Shown: positions 1-13,775 of the stretch, piece after piece
Position numbering within the stretch: the first letter of the stretch is position 1
Layout of the letters: each line of letters begins with the position of its first letter
Source of the DNA: Azolla caroliniana
Taxonomy: Eukaryota; Plantae; Polypodiophyta
Assembly: GCA_043228905.1 (NCBI GenBank)
Contig: JBHGNT010000012.1
Coordinates: 19,158,001-19,222,000 of the forward strand
Length of the DNA: 64,000 nt
Direction: 5' to 3'
Notes under the pieces: generated by a model
What the model saw: only the letters and a program-made list of their open reading frames with translations
Told to the model about the DNA's origin: nothing
The model's database searches: none
Made by a program: the position numbers and the translations under genes

Positions 1-646
1 GAAATCTCTGTCCAAAAGTGGTTGTCTTTATGGATGATGTAACGACCTTCCCTTGTGCTATAAAAGGGGAAGATGAAGATTGATTTAGGGATTGACGGTT
101 TAGGAGGACGAAGTGTTGTCGGTTTGAGTGTCGAGCTCTCTCTCTTCTCTCTCTCCGTCTTGTGCTCTGTACTGACTCTAGGAAGAAGGTGAAGCCTTTG
201 CTCGCACAGGAAGCCCGTGACCTCTTGACCAAAGGTTCACCGTCTTGAGTTTCTGTGTGTTTGCGTGTTTTGAGAGCGCGTAGCTTTGATACTAGCTAGG
301 TCCGATTGTATTCCACTTTGTGTAATCTATTTTGTTTCATTGTATTCGATTTGTCTCTTTGTGTTGCGTACACGTTCCATTCTGTCTTCGTCTATTGTTC
401 GCGTTTACACGAATCACGAACCCACAAGTTTGTTGCTCGTTATCCATCGACCGGTCTAGAGCAAAACACATATCTGATCCTACACTCACATTTTCCGGCA
501 TCTGGAAACCGATTCGGATCGGGTACATGACCGTTAACCCGGTCTGTCGAGTATATCTGAAGGACCTTCCTACTCCCACCGGCTTCTTGATCTGAGACCC
601 CCGTTGTCCTATCCCGTTTCGACACATCCACACGAAATACCGCGAG
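1..646 (+). mobile_element. 3' part of a Ty3/gypsy-type LTR (3' or solo LTR), truncated by the window start and inserted in a copia RNase H
   Basis: TATA box ctataaaag at about 58. The end (…tgagacccccgttgtcc…gtttcgacaca…gaaataccgcgaga) resembles the reverse complement of LTR 26067-26875 and the end gaataccgcgaca of solo LTR 10784-11363. It is followed directly by copia RNase H sequence, with no PBS. Confidence 0.6.
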
Positions 647-1039
647 AATGCGCTTCCAAACATAGTGATAATGAACCTCGATGTGTTTCATTCGGGCATG
701 GAAGACCAGGTTTTGAGCTAGTTGTATGCTACTTTGATTGTTGTAGTAGATACGTATCGGCTAGTGTTGGGCAAAGTCCCAAGAACCGGTTGGCTTGGGA
801 CTTTTGTTGTCCAAGGTGGGGGATAGCCGGAATTGATTCCGGCCAGGTTTTCCTACCAACCAAAATCTAGCCGGTTCATATTTTTTAAAGCGGCTATTTA
901 TATAGTTTATGTAAAAAACAAAGGTAAGAAAAAACATACTTTTGTATTCTTCTTTAGTCTTTCCCCCTTTTTCCCCCCTTTTTGTGTTTTACTTTCCCCC
1001 TCGTTTTGTTTTTCTCCCTCTCTATCATCTGATTTCCTG

Positions 1040-1455
1040 CTCGCTATTCACTGCTCACAACTCACAACTCATTGCTCATTGCTCATTGCTCATTGCTCAT
1101 TGCTCAGTGCTCGTTCCTCCTTCCTTGTTGTTTGCTAACAACTGCTTGTTACTCATGGCTCATTACTCGTTGATGCTCATCACTGTTCACTGCTCACTGC
1201 CCACTACTCACTGCTTATTACTCGTTCATCGCCACTCACTGACCGCTACTCCTTCCTCGTTGATTGTCACTCGTCACTCACTAATTGCCACTTGTCGCTC
1301 GTTGATTGTTGATCGTCAGTCACTGATTGTCGTTCGTCACTCGCTGCTCATCATTCGTTACTCGCCACTCACCACTCGTTGATTCACATGCGTTACTTAC
1401 CACTCATTGATCGCCGCTCACTAGGAGTTGCTCATTACTCATCACTCATTACTCT
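1040..1455. repeat. Degenerate heptamer tandem repeat (CTCATTG/CTCACTG)n inside the hAT left arm
   Basis: ctcattgctcattgctcattg… at 1068-1103, decaying into ctcactg/ctcgttg variants. Confidence 0.8.
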
Positions 1456-2861
1456 CTATTTCGAGGTGAGTACACATTTTTTAGTATTAGGGTCTTGTAC
1501 CCTCAATCCATTTTCTCATATAACTATGTGAACTTGCCATTACCTTGTTTATTTTCCTTCTAGATTGTATGTTTTTACTCTACAATATTCATATTAATAA
1601 GTGTCGACTTCGTATATGTACTTTGATGACAATAAGACCTTAAGATCATTCATAAAACGTAACAATAATTAAGAGATTCATTTTACACTACATCACAATG
1701 TAGGCTTTCAATCAAACATTCATGTATGACGTTTTCAATTATCAAGTGATTTCATCACTTCTTAAACGTCTCCTGAACATTCTAAGGCAAGGATGTGGGA
1801 TCATCGCAAAGTATGTGCATTGGAGAAGAGGGTTGAATCTTCACGCTTCTTTTTAGTGGGTGAACATGAAGTTGTGAAGATGTAAGGGAACTAGGTGTGG
1901 AAAGAGATTTGCTCTTCAATTAGACGATTCTGAAATACTATTTACTTATTACAATATAACTAGATGAATCGACAAATTTGAGATGAGAATCAACATGTAT
2001 TTCAAACACATGTAGTGGAGGATAGGTTGAATTATGTACAACAAATTATCTCAACACAAAAAAAGCATGAAAAGATGATGAGAATAGAAAGGAATAAATC
2101 ACAAGGAGGCGTGTATATTGCAATGTTGCATTATTACCTTGCATTTGTATTGCCATGTTGTTTTAATATATACACCACTTTTGTAAAATATGAAGTTGAG
2201 AGCTGATTTGGTACCCAGTAGAGAATGCTACAACATTGAAAAGAATTGTTGAAAGTCTAGTTATTTAACACTCTTATTTATCTTTCATGGATCATTTAAA
2301 TGGTGAAACGTTTCATACTTGTAAATTTTACTCCAAGATTCCTTTCCCAACTTGGGCACATATCTTAACTCCAAAAACAGTTGTTTTTTATCATTTGTTT
2401 CTTGGTAAACATATTATATTCAATCAATTTTATATTCTATTACATCTTATGAGTTCAAACTCAATTATTTATGGGTTCATGAAAAGTCAACGAGCATTAT
2501 TACCTTGCATTTGTATTGTCCTTTTGTTTTAATATATACACTACTTTTTTTATCTTGATCTTTTCCTTCAATATTGTTTGCAATATATTTGTTCCCTCAA
2601 TTTATTTTACATTTACATACATTGATTTGCATGTGTGTGTAAGCTAATGTGAGCCTTCCTCTTTCTTCTTTATTTTTTGATAGATTAGAAGATCCTTAGT
2701 GGACACTTGATCCTTTATTGCCTCGAAATCTTCCATATATCCCAGGTATTTTAATTTGCTTATTCTCTTTGGAAAACATGGATTGTGTATATATGTTTCC
2801 CCTTCTTGTAAATGGAATCCATAGATTATGCTAGTCCAACGTACTCTACATTATTATTACA

Positions 2862-5040
2862 ATGTCCCACAACAAAAATATGAAAGTCAAAGGAAAGCAA
2901 ATTAGCCTCTTTACAATGCCTGGTTTAGGAAAAACTTGTCATCTTCCAATGAAGATGTGTCTCTAGAAATCCTGTAAAGGACCATCAACACTCTCAAGAG
3001 TTACTTCATGAGATGAATAGAGTTAGTAAGGCCAAACAAAAATTTCAAGAAGATTGGCCTACTAAATTTAAGTGGCTTCAAGAGGATTTGGAAACTGGTC
3101 TTTTATGGTGTAGTTATTGTAGGAGTGGTCCTCATTGTAGGTCTTTATTTGGCAAAATGGGTGCCAAAAATTTTAAGACTTCTACATTAGAAGAACGTGC
3201 AAGAAGTGTGGCCCATCAAGATGCCATTTTGTTACAAGAACAAGACAATAATGGTCTTAAAAAATGTGCATCAAAGAAAAAAGCTAGTGTGGATATAGCA
3301 ATTGAAAAATTGTTTAAATGTGCATATTTTATAGCTAAAGAGGATTTGGCATTTAGAAAAATTGGAAAGCCTCTTAAAATTGTTAAGAGAGTGTGGTGTG
3401 GAAGGCCTTCCACGAATGTACAATGATAATAAGTCTTGTGCAAGCTTTATCTTGCACATTAGCAAGGCTCTTGAAGTCGAGATATATGATAGGTTGAGGA
3501 CAAGTCCTTGGTTTGGGCTTATGGTAGATGAAGCTACCGATGTAAGCGTAACCAAGAACTTGATCCTTTACACCACATTTGTGGAAGGAAGGAAAGTACG
3601 AACCTCTGATTTGGGAGTACTTGAAGTAGAGGATGGTATAGAGAACACAATATCAGAAAACATTTTAGCGTTGTTAAAAAAGTGGAACTTAGATGTTCGA
3701 AAATTGATGGGATTTGAAAGTGATGGAGCATTTATTATGGTAGGTATATCTACATGTGTTGCTACAAGATTGATGTCATATAATCCATTTATTACTTCAT
3801 TACATTGTTGTGCACATCGAACAAACTTGTGTGTGCAAGAGGCTTCAAAGAACATTGAAGTCAAAGAAACATACAAGTAGTTAGATGCCCTTGTGAATTG
3901 GGTGGCTGCACATTTCTCGAGGAGCTCAATGCACCAAGGTGAATTAATTAAGATGCAAGATGCATTAGAATACACACAATTGTGTATACTTGAGATTGTG
4001 AAGACACGATGGCATGGTGCTATCATGAGGGTATGTGATATGTATGAACCCTTGATGAAGACTTTGCAATTCCAAATTGATGCATACAATGTATTCTTAG
4101 GTTTAAGAAACTTCAAAGTAGTGTATATGCTTCACTTTCTTGTAGATGTACTTAAAATCATGTCTACGTTAAGTATAGAATTCCAAAAGGAATATGTGGA
4201 TGTGACATGCATTGGAGGTTTGGCTATGATAGCCATTGGGGAGATAGAAGAACAATTTCTACATCATGTTATGATAGCAATAATTATCTAGTTATTCCAG
4301 AATATGGTAGAGAAAAAGGAATGCTTTCAGTTTTATGAGATGTCACAAAAGGTAATATCTATAAAAGCATCCTCATCGATAGAAGTATTGATGATGTACA
4401 ATTCCAAAATTTGTTTTCTAAGGCATTAATAGAGACAATAAAAAAGAGGCGTCAAGATCTGGTGACTCTTTCCGCATAGAAAATGTTATCACCAATGAAT
4501 ATGTCTACCGGAACTACAAACATTTTAGCATGAAAAACTATGGGTCTTAATGAGTTGAAAACACATGGAAATTTTTATTGCATTCAAAAAATGATAGATG
4601 GGAAAGCGTTTTCTCCCATAATTTGATAATGATAAATTGTATGATGAACATGCAATTTTCAAAAGGCAAGCTACCACGGAATGGCTTGGAAGAGATTTCT
4701 TAGATGTTTGGGGTATGATAAATTGTAATGATGTGTGGCAAGAAAAGCTACTCGAGCTTCTAAAGCTTTCATTGATAGGGTTAATTCAATGTTCTTCTAT
4801 GGTTGTATGTGAGAGAGGCTTTAATCGCCTAAATCTAATAAAAAATAAGTTCAAAAATAAGCTAAAAAGCAATGCGGTTGATGCATTGATATGAATCTCT
4901 ATTCAAGGACCCGCACTAGAAGAACATGACTCCAATGCCGACATTTTGTTGTGGCGAGCAAACAAGGCATATCGTCATATTTTTACAGGAACTTCTCACG
5001 AGCATGATGATGAAATCGAGGACTTCATAGAAGATCATAG
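2862..5040 (+). pseudogene. hAT transposase pseudogene (ZNF862/DUF4371-like with TTF-type zinc finger)
   Basis: ORF pieces 3013-3426, 3362-3880, 3893-4291 and 4637-4894. Motifs: KFQEDW…FKWL…WCSYCR (zinc finger), WFGLMVDEATDVS (first D), GFESDGA (second D), HCCAHRTNL (CxxH), KTRW, SSMVVCERGFNRLNLIK (catalytic E, hAT dimerisation domain). Frameshifts and stops are present. Confidence 0.88.
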
Positions 5041-8022
5041 ATTGAAATTTTGTAAATTTGATCTATTTTGTTTTGGAACTTTATATATATTAAATCTAAT
5101 TTGATCTAATATGTTGTTAATGCTAGTTTACAAAGTTTTGAAAAGTGAATTTTCTTCACAAAGTTAGTAAATTTTTTCGTAAATATATATTTTTAGTTTT
5201 TGGAATCCGAAATTTTGTGATTGATTTGATTTGGTGTTGTGCTAGAATTTTATTTATTTATTTGGTATACGCTAAAAAGATAAAGTCAACATGTTTCGGT
5301 TGACATTGTCATTGGTAGGAGCGTGACCGGTTGAAAATTTAAAATTCCGGTTAGGTTCATAAGAAGCTGGAAAGTTTCCGGTAGGGGCTAGAGACTTTGC
5401 CCAACACTGGTATCTTCTTGTCGACCAATTCATTGAAGTCCGTTAGTAGCCGCTTCAACCAAATTGCTTCACAAGTGGCTACAGTCGTGCCCTTGTATTC
5501 CGCTACTACGTTGGACAATGCAACGATTGGTTGTTTTTTGCTACTTCACGAAATTGCTCCGCTTCCAGGTGAGAAGATGAATCTGGATGTCGAACATCGA
5601 TCGGATATATTGCTAGCCCAATCGGGATCGGTGTATCCTTCTAGCCGAATAGTCGCTCCTTCCTTGTAGAAAATTCCACGATACATGGTTCCACTAACAT
5701 ACCGTAAGACTCACTTAGCACAATGCAAATGTGTGTCGTACGTGCTTTGCATAAACTGACTAAGGAGGCCGGCCGGATAGCTCAAGTCGGGTAAAATAAT
5801 AGTTACATAGATGAGACTCCTGATAATTTGCCGATATTGAGTCGGCTCACATGGTGTTCCAGAGTTTGTGTGCAACTTTAGGTTGTGATCAAGGGGAGGC
5901 GAAATTGGCTTGTGGTCAGTCATACTAAACTTGAACAAGAGATTCAATATGTAGTGCTACCTCGAGTATGTGCCAAATCTTTCTTTCGACTACTCCATTT
6001 TGTTGGGGTGTGTGTCGGCATGAGAATTGTCTCTGGATGCCTTCACCTGGGAGGTACAAGATGAATTCGTCGGGAGAAGTACTTCTTCCCTCCATCCGAC
6101 CTTAGGCATCAAATGTGCCGACTGGTTTCTTTTTTGGCTTGACTCTTGAGCTTCTGGAAGTGGAAAATCACTTCACTCTTTTTCCTCATCGGAAAGATCC
6201 AAGTGTACCGAGAGTGATCGTTGATAAAGGTGATGTAGTATCGACATCCAGCGATCGTTGGCATTTGAACCGGCCCCCATACATTCAAGTGGACTACGTC
6301 AAGGAGGCCTTTGCTTACATAGCTCTCCTTTGGAAATGGGAGTCGATTTTGTTTCCCGAGTTGGCATGCGTCGCATGCTCGATTGACTTGTTTTGACTCA
6401 AAAGTCAGGAGTCCGATAACTACTCCCTTTGACTGCATAGATCAGAGCCATTGGAGATTGATGTGGCTAATTCTCTTGTGCCACAACTCGATGTTCGTCT
6501 CGGTTTTGAGACCTTTGGCATACATTCCCAATTTTACCTCGTCCGAATCGAGAATAACCATTCGGCCTTCTCTCCGTCCTTTGGCTATGAGTTGGCCATT
6601 CTTTTCTATGAAACAACCCCACTTGTTGAAGCGGACTTGCATGCCTTGCTCCATGATTTGGCCAACCGAGAACAAATTCTTTGTTATTGTGGTAACGTGC
6701 AAGACATTCTTAATGTAGTTGTTGTTGCCCTGGCAGAGAGGGACGTTGCCGATATGCCGAATGGTGTGTGTGGTGTCGTCTCCCGTTTCCACGTAGCCGG
6801 GTTGATCGAGTGTGCGCAAGTAAATAAACCACTCTTCGTGGGATGTCATGTGATTTGAGGCGTCCGAGTCAACGAACCATACTTCTTCTTATGGAGATGC
6901 GCTAGCCAAACCGGATGTTCACATAATGTTTGTTTTGTGCCTTATGAAGAACATGCCTCCATAGTCTTCAAATTCGGAGTTAGTGGCGTAATTGATGACT
7001 TCTTGACTTGTGGAAGCCGGATCGCTTCTCTTTTTTCTGCACTCCTCTTTGCAGTGGCCGTTCTTACCACAATAATTGCAAGTAACGGGCTTGATTTGCC
7101 AACTATGTTTGCTATGAAGACTTCCCCTTCTTCTGAAGGTTCCTCGAGTATTTCCGTTTGCTTGCCGAAGGGTTGAGTTACTTTCATGATGCCAGCCGAT
7201 TCGACCTCCTCTACCTTGGCCGAACCGACCTCTTCCGCCTCGATCACGTCCTTGACCACCATCCGAATTTGAAAAGAACATTTGTCCTTCCGATGTCTTG
7301 CTCTTTGTTCTCACATGGTTCTCTTCGACCAATAACATGGATTGAAGGTCAAAGAATGAGGGAGGGTTCTCCCTCGCTAAGATTGTTGAACCATTGTGCG
7401 AGGCCACCCAACCACACTTGCACCATCTCATCCTCTTTGATGTTTATGTAGATGGAGGTGAGTGAATCACAAATATTCTTAATTTTGCTCGTGTATTCCG
7501 ATATAGTCATGTCTTTTTGTCAGATGTTGTTCAACTCTTGTTGGAGTTGAAGCTTGTGGGTGATCGTGTTTGCAACGAACATTCGTCTCAAATACTGACA
7601 CACTTCTTCAGGCGTGTTCGCATCACGAATGTGACAGAGCATGTGATCGTGGACACATGTTGCCAAACAATACATCAGGTGATTCTCCCCTTGCTCCCAT
7701 GTTGGGTAGTTGGCGTTTGTGATGTCGGGTTTTTTTCGAGCACGTCGTTGATATAGCTCCAATACCCTTGACCGACTAGGTATTGGTTCATCTTGTACTC
7801 CCAAGATGAGAAATTACTCCGGTCTAGCTTTTCGCTAGGGTGCAAGCTGCCCATTTGTGCATTCATGTTGGTGTAGTGTCTTCCTTTTGGCTTTTCTTCC
7901 CTCAGTTACGTACTCGTGAAACATAGCGACACTACGGTAGCGTATAGCCGTATTTGTCGTCGGCTTGTCGAACACACAATCGCTATGAATCAAGTGGGCT
8001 TAGTAGATATGCTAAACCACAC

Positions 8023-8034
8023 GCTCTGATACCA
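8023..8034 (-). promoter_or_regulatory. Primer-binding site (tRNA-iMet) of copia-1
   Basis: Plus-strand gctctgatacca reads TGGTATCAGAGC on minus, immediately inside LTR 8035-8475. Confidence 0.92.
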
Positions 8035-8475
8035 TGTTAATAATTAGATGATTAACAAAGGGTTAATTAGTATCTAATTATGCGAATATTTAATCACGTG
8101 TGTGATTAAGTTGCGGAAGATTATGTGATATGTGTGTGTGAGAAAGAAGGAGAGGAAGTCACACTTGAGTGGAGGATGATTAACGAGTGTAGCACAAGAT
8201 CTCTTACTTATATTAAAAAGACATCATTCAGTTACAAAAATACCCACAATGAGGTATATATACATCTCATGTGCAAAGGTGCACATGTGTGAGGAGAATA
8301 AAAGTACAAGGGTGTAAGTCCTACATTGAATGAGCGCGATAGTGGGGAATCTAAAGATCTCCTACTTAAATACTAGGAAAAAAATCCTTTATAGTCAACA
8401 TTCAAAATAAATTCTATTTATGTAACTACTAAGTTACATGGTTGACTAGACTTAGTTGCGCTTAATATCTCAACA

Positions 8476-10027
8476 TGTCCGGTCTTCACTCAGGCCCTCT
8501 CCGACTATCCTCTCGATCTCCCCGAGGGTGTGGTTGAATGAGACCACCTCCACACCGCCGCTTATCAAGTCGTCGGGGTCCAAGGCTCCGCATGCCTTCA
8601 AACGCCTTTCGACTTGCCGTTTTTCTCGGCTGACAATGTCGACTACTCTACAACCTCCTTTTTCGGAGAGACAAAATTTCCTACCTATTATACAAGTGTG
8701 GGGATTCTTCTGGGAGTCTGCATTATCGCGGCCCCACACCTTGATAGCCCTCTCTAAAAATCCTCTCGGCACTCGGTGTCGAGAGAGTCCCGATTCCTCT
8801 CGTGGTTCGGCCGAACCGTCAGAAACTAGACGAAATGCCGAGACCATCCTAGCTCTTAACTCGGGCGTAAGCTGAACCATTGTCCATCACTTTAGTCTCC
8901 ATTTGAATCGCCGTGATATATGGTTCGTTGAGTATAACCGGGTGCGAGGATGTTTCTTGCAAGAAGAAGTGTTGGTCAATCTTGACATCACCGACCTTCA
9001 CCCGAACATTTGGACATGCCCCGTGAAGTTTTTCTGTGGCATGGGTCATGCCACGTATCTTCCATCTGTGCTTGAGGTTGATCGGCTTTTTACCCTTCTT
9101 GTAGAAATCCATGGACATCAACTTGATCTCAGATCCATGGTAGATCAACACTACCACCGACTCCTTAACGTTGCAAATCCGGACCAGCATCTCCGTTGTT
9201 GCTCTTGCCCAATGCGGCCTCTATTGGCATATTCTTCCTCTATCACCACTTCGTCAACATGTGCCGCCTTGACCTCAACCGACTTTTCCGCCTCCGGCTC
9301 TGTCGAGAGCTGTTTCCTCTTCACTAGGTCAACGATGTTGTCATGGATTCATTCCTCTAAGACCATTCGTAGGTCTATCGACTTTTCGATTTCCGAGCTC
9401 AATCGGAAGCTCAGGAACTTTCCCTTTTCCTTCTCTTGTTGGCTAGCCGAACTGACATCCTCCTTCCTCAGCCCGTCCCGGGTGTCGTACTGGCGCGAAG
9501 GGCTGGCCCCTCCGGCCTTCCCGACAGGCTTGTCTTCGACCAGCACGCGGCCTCCATGAAGTCGGTTTTCTCCTCAACCGGATCATTCCATCCAGTAACC
9601 TCTCGGACCCGCCTCTCCGCGCGATCCGCCACCGAAGAACCCTTCTAACACCACTGGCCAGAATCTGGCGTCCTTTCCCATCTTGGTGTTCTCCCCTCCG
9701 ACCCGAATACAAGTCGACGCCGAGTAGTGGACGGTCTATGCGTGTCATGCCACAACCTCCTCCATCATCCTTTTCATCCCACCCCAGCCGATGTTTATTT
9801 CCAGTGGCCTCTGCATCTCGCTCGCGTGTACCCGATCATTCCAAAGGTACACCATGTTGTTCTTAAGTGCCTCAGTGAAGTCGGCACAATCTCTCCAAAT
9901 GTGGACAAACTCGTCGCACCACATGCATCTGAGGTCGTTCGGCGGGCGTCGGTCACGCAATTGACCCCGGTCTTCCCTTCGGGCCTATGCAAACTGGAGG
10001 TCACGCACCATCCTAGTCAACTCATCC
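8476..10027 (-). pseudogene. Ty3/gypsy-A internal fragment: Gag C-terminus and protease
   Basis: DELTRMVRDLQF…; CCHC knuckle CMWCDEFVHIWRDC (9745-9960 ORF); degenerate aspartic protease VVLIYHGSEIKLM…HPVILNEPY (8849-9190). Confidence 0.8.
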
Positions 10028-10783
10028 TAATCGGCACAAAATTTGTGATTGATGTCTCGAAATCGGCATCGTAATCAAATCGATAGATTCGATTGTTCCA
10101 ACTTGGGAAATTGACTTGACTTGTGTTCGAATTCGACTAGAACAATATCGGGTGAGCCAATCGGCCGCATTCCACCACCATTTGTAGTCAACTCCGAACA
10201 GAATCTAACAAGCCGATGCAGATGGCATTAACATCCAGCTCATCAGAGATGAGTCTAAGGAAGTTCGATGGATCAAACTTCAACTTCTAGAAGGAGCAGA
10301 TGCAAGACTATCTAATAGTCAAGGGGCAAATCAACCCCATTGAAATCGAAAATGCTCCAAGGATACAAACCGAAAGAATGATAGAAGCCGGACAAAATTG
10401 TCCGTGCCACAATTCAGATGCACTTGTCGAAGTCAGTGTGCTTCACAGTGCAATCGTGTTTGACATCCTTTCAACTATGGAAAACACTTATGAGAAAATG
10501 GTTGCCGCCACAAAGATATATTTGATTTGGCGTCTCTACAACCTACAAATGAAAGAATCTGACTCGGTCCAGCCACACCTGAATGAGTATGAAAGTTTAA
10601 ACTCCCAGATTTTGGCTCAAGGGACGACAATCGTAGATGAAGTGAGAGCAATGTTGCTCATGAGTAGTCTCCCCCCTTCGTGGGAAACTTTTGTCACAAC
10701 TATGCGCAATGCTTCTATTGCCGCTATGAAATACTCCGAATTTACGAGCGCAATACTTACTAAAGCAGCTTGGAGGAAATCGT

Positions 10784-11363
10784 TGTCGTGAAGATTTCCG
10801 GCTTTGGTGTGAAACCGGGATGGAATGGGCAAGTCAGCAATGTGCAACATGTGCACATGTATAGTAGGAAAATGGTGTATAGAATAAGGGGGAGAATTTA
10901 TCCCACATTGTAACGTCCCTCCCTCCTTGGGCTATAAAAGGAAGGGAGGGGTCTCTTGTGAAGGGGTTGCCTATTTTGAGTGAGAGAGGTATATCAGTTA
11001 GGTCGAGGGTTTCTATTTTGGTTTTAGGGTTTTGTCTAGGGTTTTACTATTCTTCTTCTTCTTCATACCATTTCGGGTTTAGGGTTTTGCTCAGGGTTTC
11101 TTCTTCATCATCTTCTTTACTTTACTTATCTGGTTAGGGTTCCATACAGTGTTTTCGTTCGGCCTATGTGGCCATGGTTGTAAAGCGTTTGGTGTTTCTT
11201 AATATAACTCGTTTGTGTATCTTGCCTCCATCCATTTCTATGTTTATGTCCTATTCCATCTCCTCCCCTCTCGAGCTAAGCTTCCATTCCCCCTCTACTC
11301 CCTAGTCCAAAATCCCCGCGGTCCCACCTAAGATCTTACACGTACTCGCAGAATACCGCGACA
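10784..11363 (+). mobile_element. Solo LTR (580 bp) inserted in copia-2 gag
   Basis: TGTCGTG…CGCGACA termini; TATA ctataaaag at about 10932; apparent 4-bp TSD tcgt/tcat. The gag frame resumes across it (RKS|FAKDS). Confidence 0.85.
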
Positions 11364-12926
11364 TCATTTGCAAAAGATTCGATAGATGAAGCTTATGTAG
11401 TACAAGGTTCGACCAACCGACCAAACAATCAAGGAAGAAGTTCTTCTCGAACACCGAACAATCAGCGAAGTCGGAGCAAGTCCCAGGACAATTGAATATG
11501 CAACTATTGCAAGAAACCTGAGCACATTAAAGACGATTGTCGTGCACTCAAATCTAAGAATGATAAAGCTCAACGAGCTGATCAGAAGAGTGGCCAACAT
11601 GAGGAAGTCAATTATGTCGGCTCTTCAGCCGAAGTATTGTCGACCGACCCGAACATACTATTGATTGAAAACCCAATCGAATCAAAAGTTCTGCTTACGA
11701 TTGAGGAATCAAGCACATGACTCTTGGATTCGGGTGCATCCTACCATGTGACCCCTCACAAATGTCAATTTCAGCAATACTCGACCGGACACTCCGACTT
11801 AGTGCGAGTCAAAAATTTGCAGCACTGCACTATCATCGGAATCGGCACCGTAGAGCTCAACCTCTAGAGTGGCTCTACATTAGTACTACACAATGTCCCA
11901 CACGTACTTGAGCTCTCAAGACCTTTGATATGAGTCAGACAATTGGACGAAGACGACATTTGTACCGGCTTCTCATCAGGAGGGTGGACACTCCACAAGG
12001 GGAACCTCCTGCTTGCTCGAGGACCGAAAGTACATTCTTTGTACCCGTTATACGTCACACTCAGAGAGGGTGACTTGTTCCTGGTTGATATTCTCGTGTT
12101 ATCACTATGGCATGGACGACTCGTACACCTCAACAAGGTTGGCATAACGCATTTATCTAGAGCCGGATACATCCCCAAACTCTCATTCTCCGATCATCAA
12201 TTTAGTGAGCATTGCCAATATGGAAAACAAATAGCCGCATCACACCCGACAACAACACCGAGAGCGCTCGATTTGGTCCACTTGGACGTTTTGTGGCCCA
12301 ATGCCACATCAGTCTCTCGTTAGTGCCTTGTACTTCGTCAGTTTTATCGAAGATTCGACTCGGAAGGTGTGGGCTTATCCGATCAGAACCAAAGATCAAG
12401 TGTTCTCGATCTTCCAGGATTGGCTTGCCATGGTAGAGGACTAGTCTAGTCGAATGTTGAAATGCCTTTGTATCGACAACGGAGGAGAGTTCAAGTCAGA
12501 AGAATTCGTCAAATTTTGCTTACAACACGGTATCAAACGTGAATACACAGCACCACCTAGTCCAGAGTGGAACGAAATTGCCAAGCGTATGAATCGGACA
12601 ATTCAAGAATGGATGGTATTCATGCTCCAACACTCAGAACTGTCGGATGGCTTCTGGGAAAAGGTCCTACTTACGGCAATACACAGAATCAATATTTCAC
12701 TGAGTAGGCCTCTAGGACTTCAAGTACCTCAAGAATTATGGACCCACAGGAAGCCGAATTAGGACAAGATGAGGATTTTCAGATGCGAGGCATACGCCAT
12801 CATATGGAAAGACGACCGCCGAAAATTAGAACCGAGGTCCAGGAAATGTATTTTTCTTGCCTACATACTAGACGGCGAGTTCAGATATCGACTCTAGGAC
12901 CCCGAGCATAGACAAATCTTTTGAAG

Positions 12927-13238
12927 TTCAGACGTAGTGTTCAATGAGTTGGCTATGCACAAGATGGTCGAAAGGCCTATTGAAGTCCAAAGGGTAACTT
13001 TTTCCGAACTGCCAACCCTTCATGTAGGCCCAACCGATAACACGAGGTCGACTTCACGGGTAGCCAACATCTCTAGCACCAATTCGGATGTAGTGTTCAA
13101 TGAGTCGGCTATGCACAAGATGGTCAAAAGGCCTATTGAAGTCTGAAGGGTAACTTTTTCCGAAGTGCCAACCCTTCATGAAGGCCCAACCGACAACACG
13201 AGGTCGACTTCACAGGTAGCCGACACCTCTAGCACCAA
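12927..13238 (+). repeat. 156-bp tandem duplication in the copia-2 integrase C-terminal region
   Basis: Units 12927-13082 and 13083-13238, bounded by ttcag/ttcgg microhomology. Confidence 0.92.
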
Positions 13239-13297
13239 TTCGGCTTTGGACCATCTAACTCCGATACTCGACATGACTAGTCTAATCATACCTCGAA

Positions 13298-13775
13298 GAT
13301 CCGAGAGACTGTCACAACCCCCGGAGAGGTACTCTCCTGGAATCTTCTTCACAGACGTTGGCGAACTGATGTCATACGAAGAAGCGTCGGTAATAGCCGA
13401 TTTGGCCACATGGCATCTGGCAATGGAGTCGGAAATGAACTCCATTCAGGCAAACAAGACTTGGGACTTGGTCAAATTATCGAAGAATCGACATGCTCTT
13501 CCATGCAAGTGGGTCTATAGATTAAAAGAGACGTCTGATCCGAGAGACTGTCACAACCCTTGGAGAGGTACTCTCCTGGAATCTTCTTCACAGATGTTGG
13601 CGAACCGACGTCATACGAAGAAGCATCGGTAATAGCCGATTTGGCCACATGGCATCTAGTGATGGAGTCAGAAATGAACTCCATTCAGGCAAACAAGACT
13701 TGGGACTTGGTCGAATTATCGAAGAATTGACATGCTCTTCCATGCAAGTGGGTCTATAGATTAAAAGAGACGTCT
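13298..13775 (+). repeat. 239-bp tandem duplication at the start of copia-2 RT
   Basis: Units 13298-13536 and 13537-13775, both starting gatccgagagactgtcacaaccc. Confidence 0.92.

Larger units (their letters stand above)
762..5409 (+). mobile_element. hAT-superfamily DNA transposon (about 4.65 kb), defective
   Basis: 17-bp TIRs tagtgttgggcaaagtc (762-778) and gactttgcccaacactg (5393-5409). 8-bp TSD gtatcggc / gtatcttc (6/8 match). Internal transposase remnants. Both flanks are continuous copia RNase H sequence. Confidence 0.92.
647..8475 (-). mobile_element. Ty1/copia LTR retrotransposon relic (copia-1), internally deleted and interrupted by a hAT element
   Basis: 5' LTR 8035-8475 (TGTT…AACA); PBS 8023-8034. 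Gag MNAQMGSLHPSEKLDRSNFSSWEYKMNQYL (7866); CCHC knuckle CNYCGKNGHCKEEC; protease; GAG-pre-integrase ELWHKRISHIN; integrase CDACQLGKQ…FINDHSRYTW. A deletion junction near 5960 joins integrase to the end of RT (LSYPAGLLSQFMQ). RNase H is split by the hAT and resumes at KHIEVHYHYV (691). Confidence 0.9.

Noticed and set aside
1-646. This LTR as the missing 3' LTR of gypsy-A (26067-26875)
   Set aside because: It is in the opposite orientation, only partly similar, and sits inside copia-1.
942-1382. 146-aa hydrophobic ORF as a membrane protein
   Set aside because: It is a translation of the heptamer repeat in the hAT arm, with no family motif.
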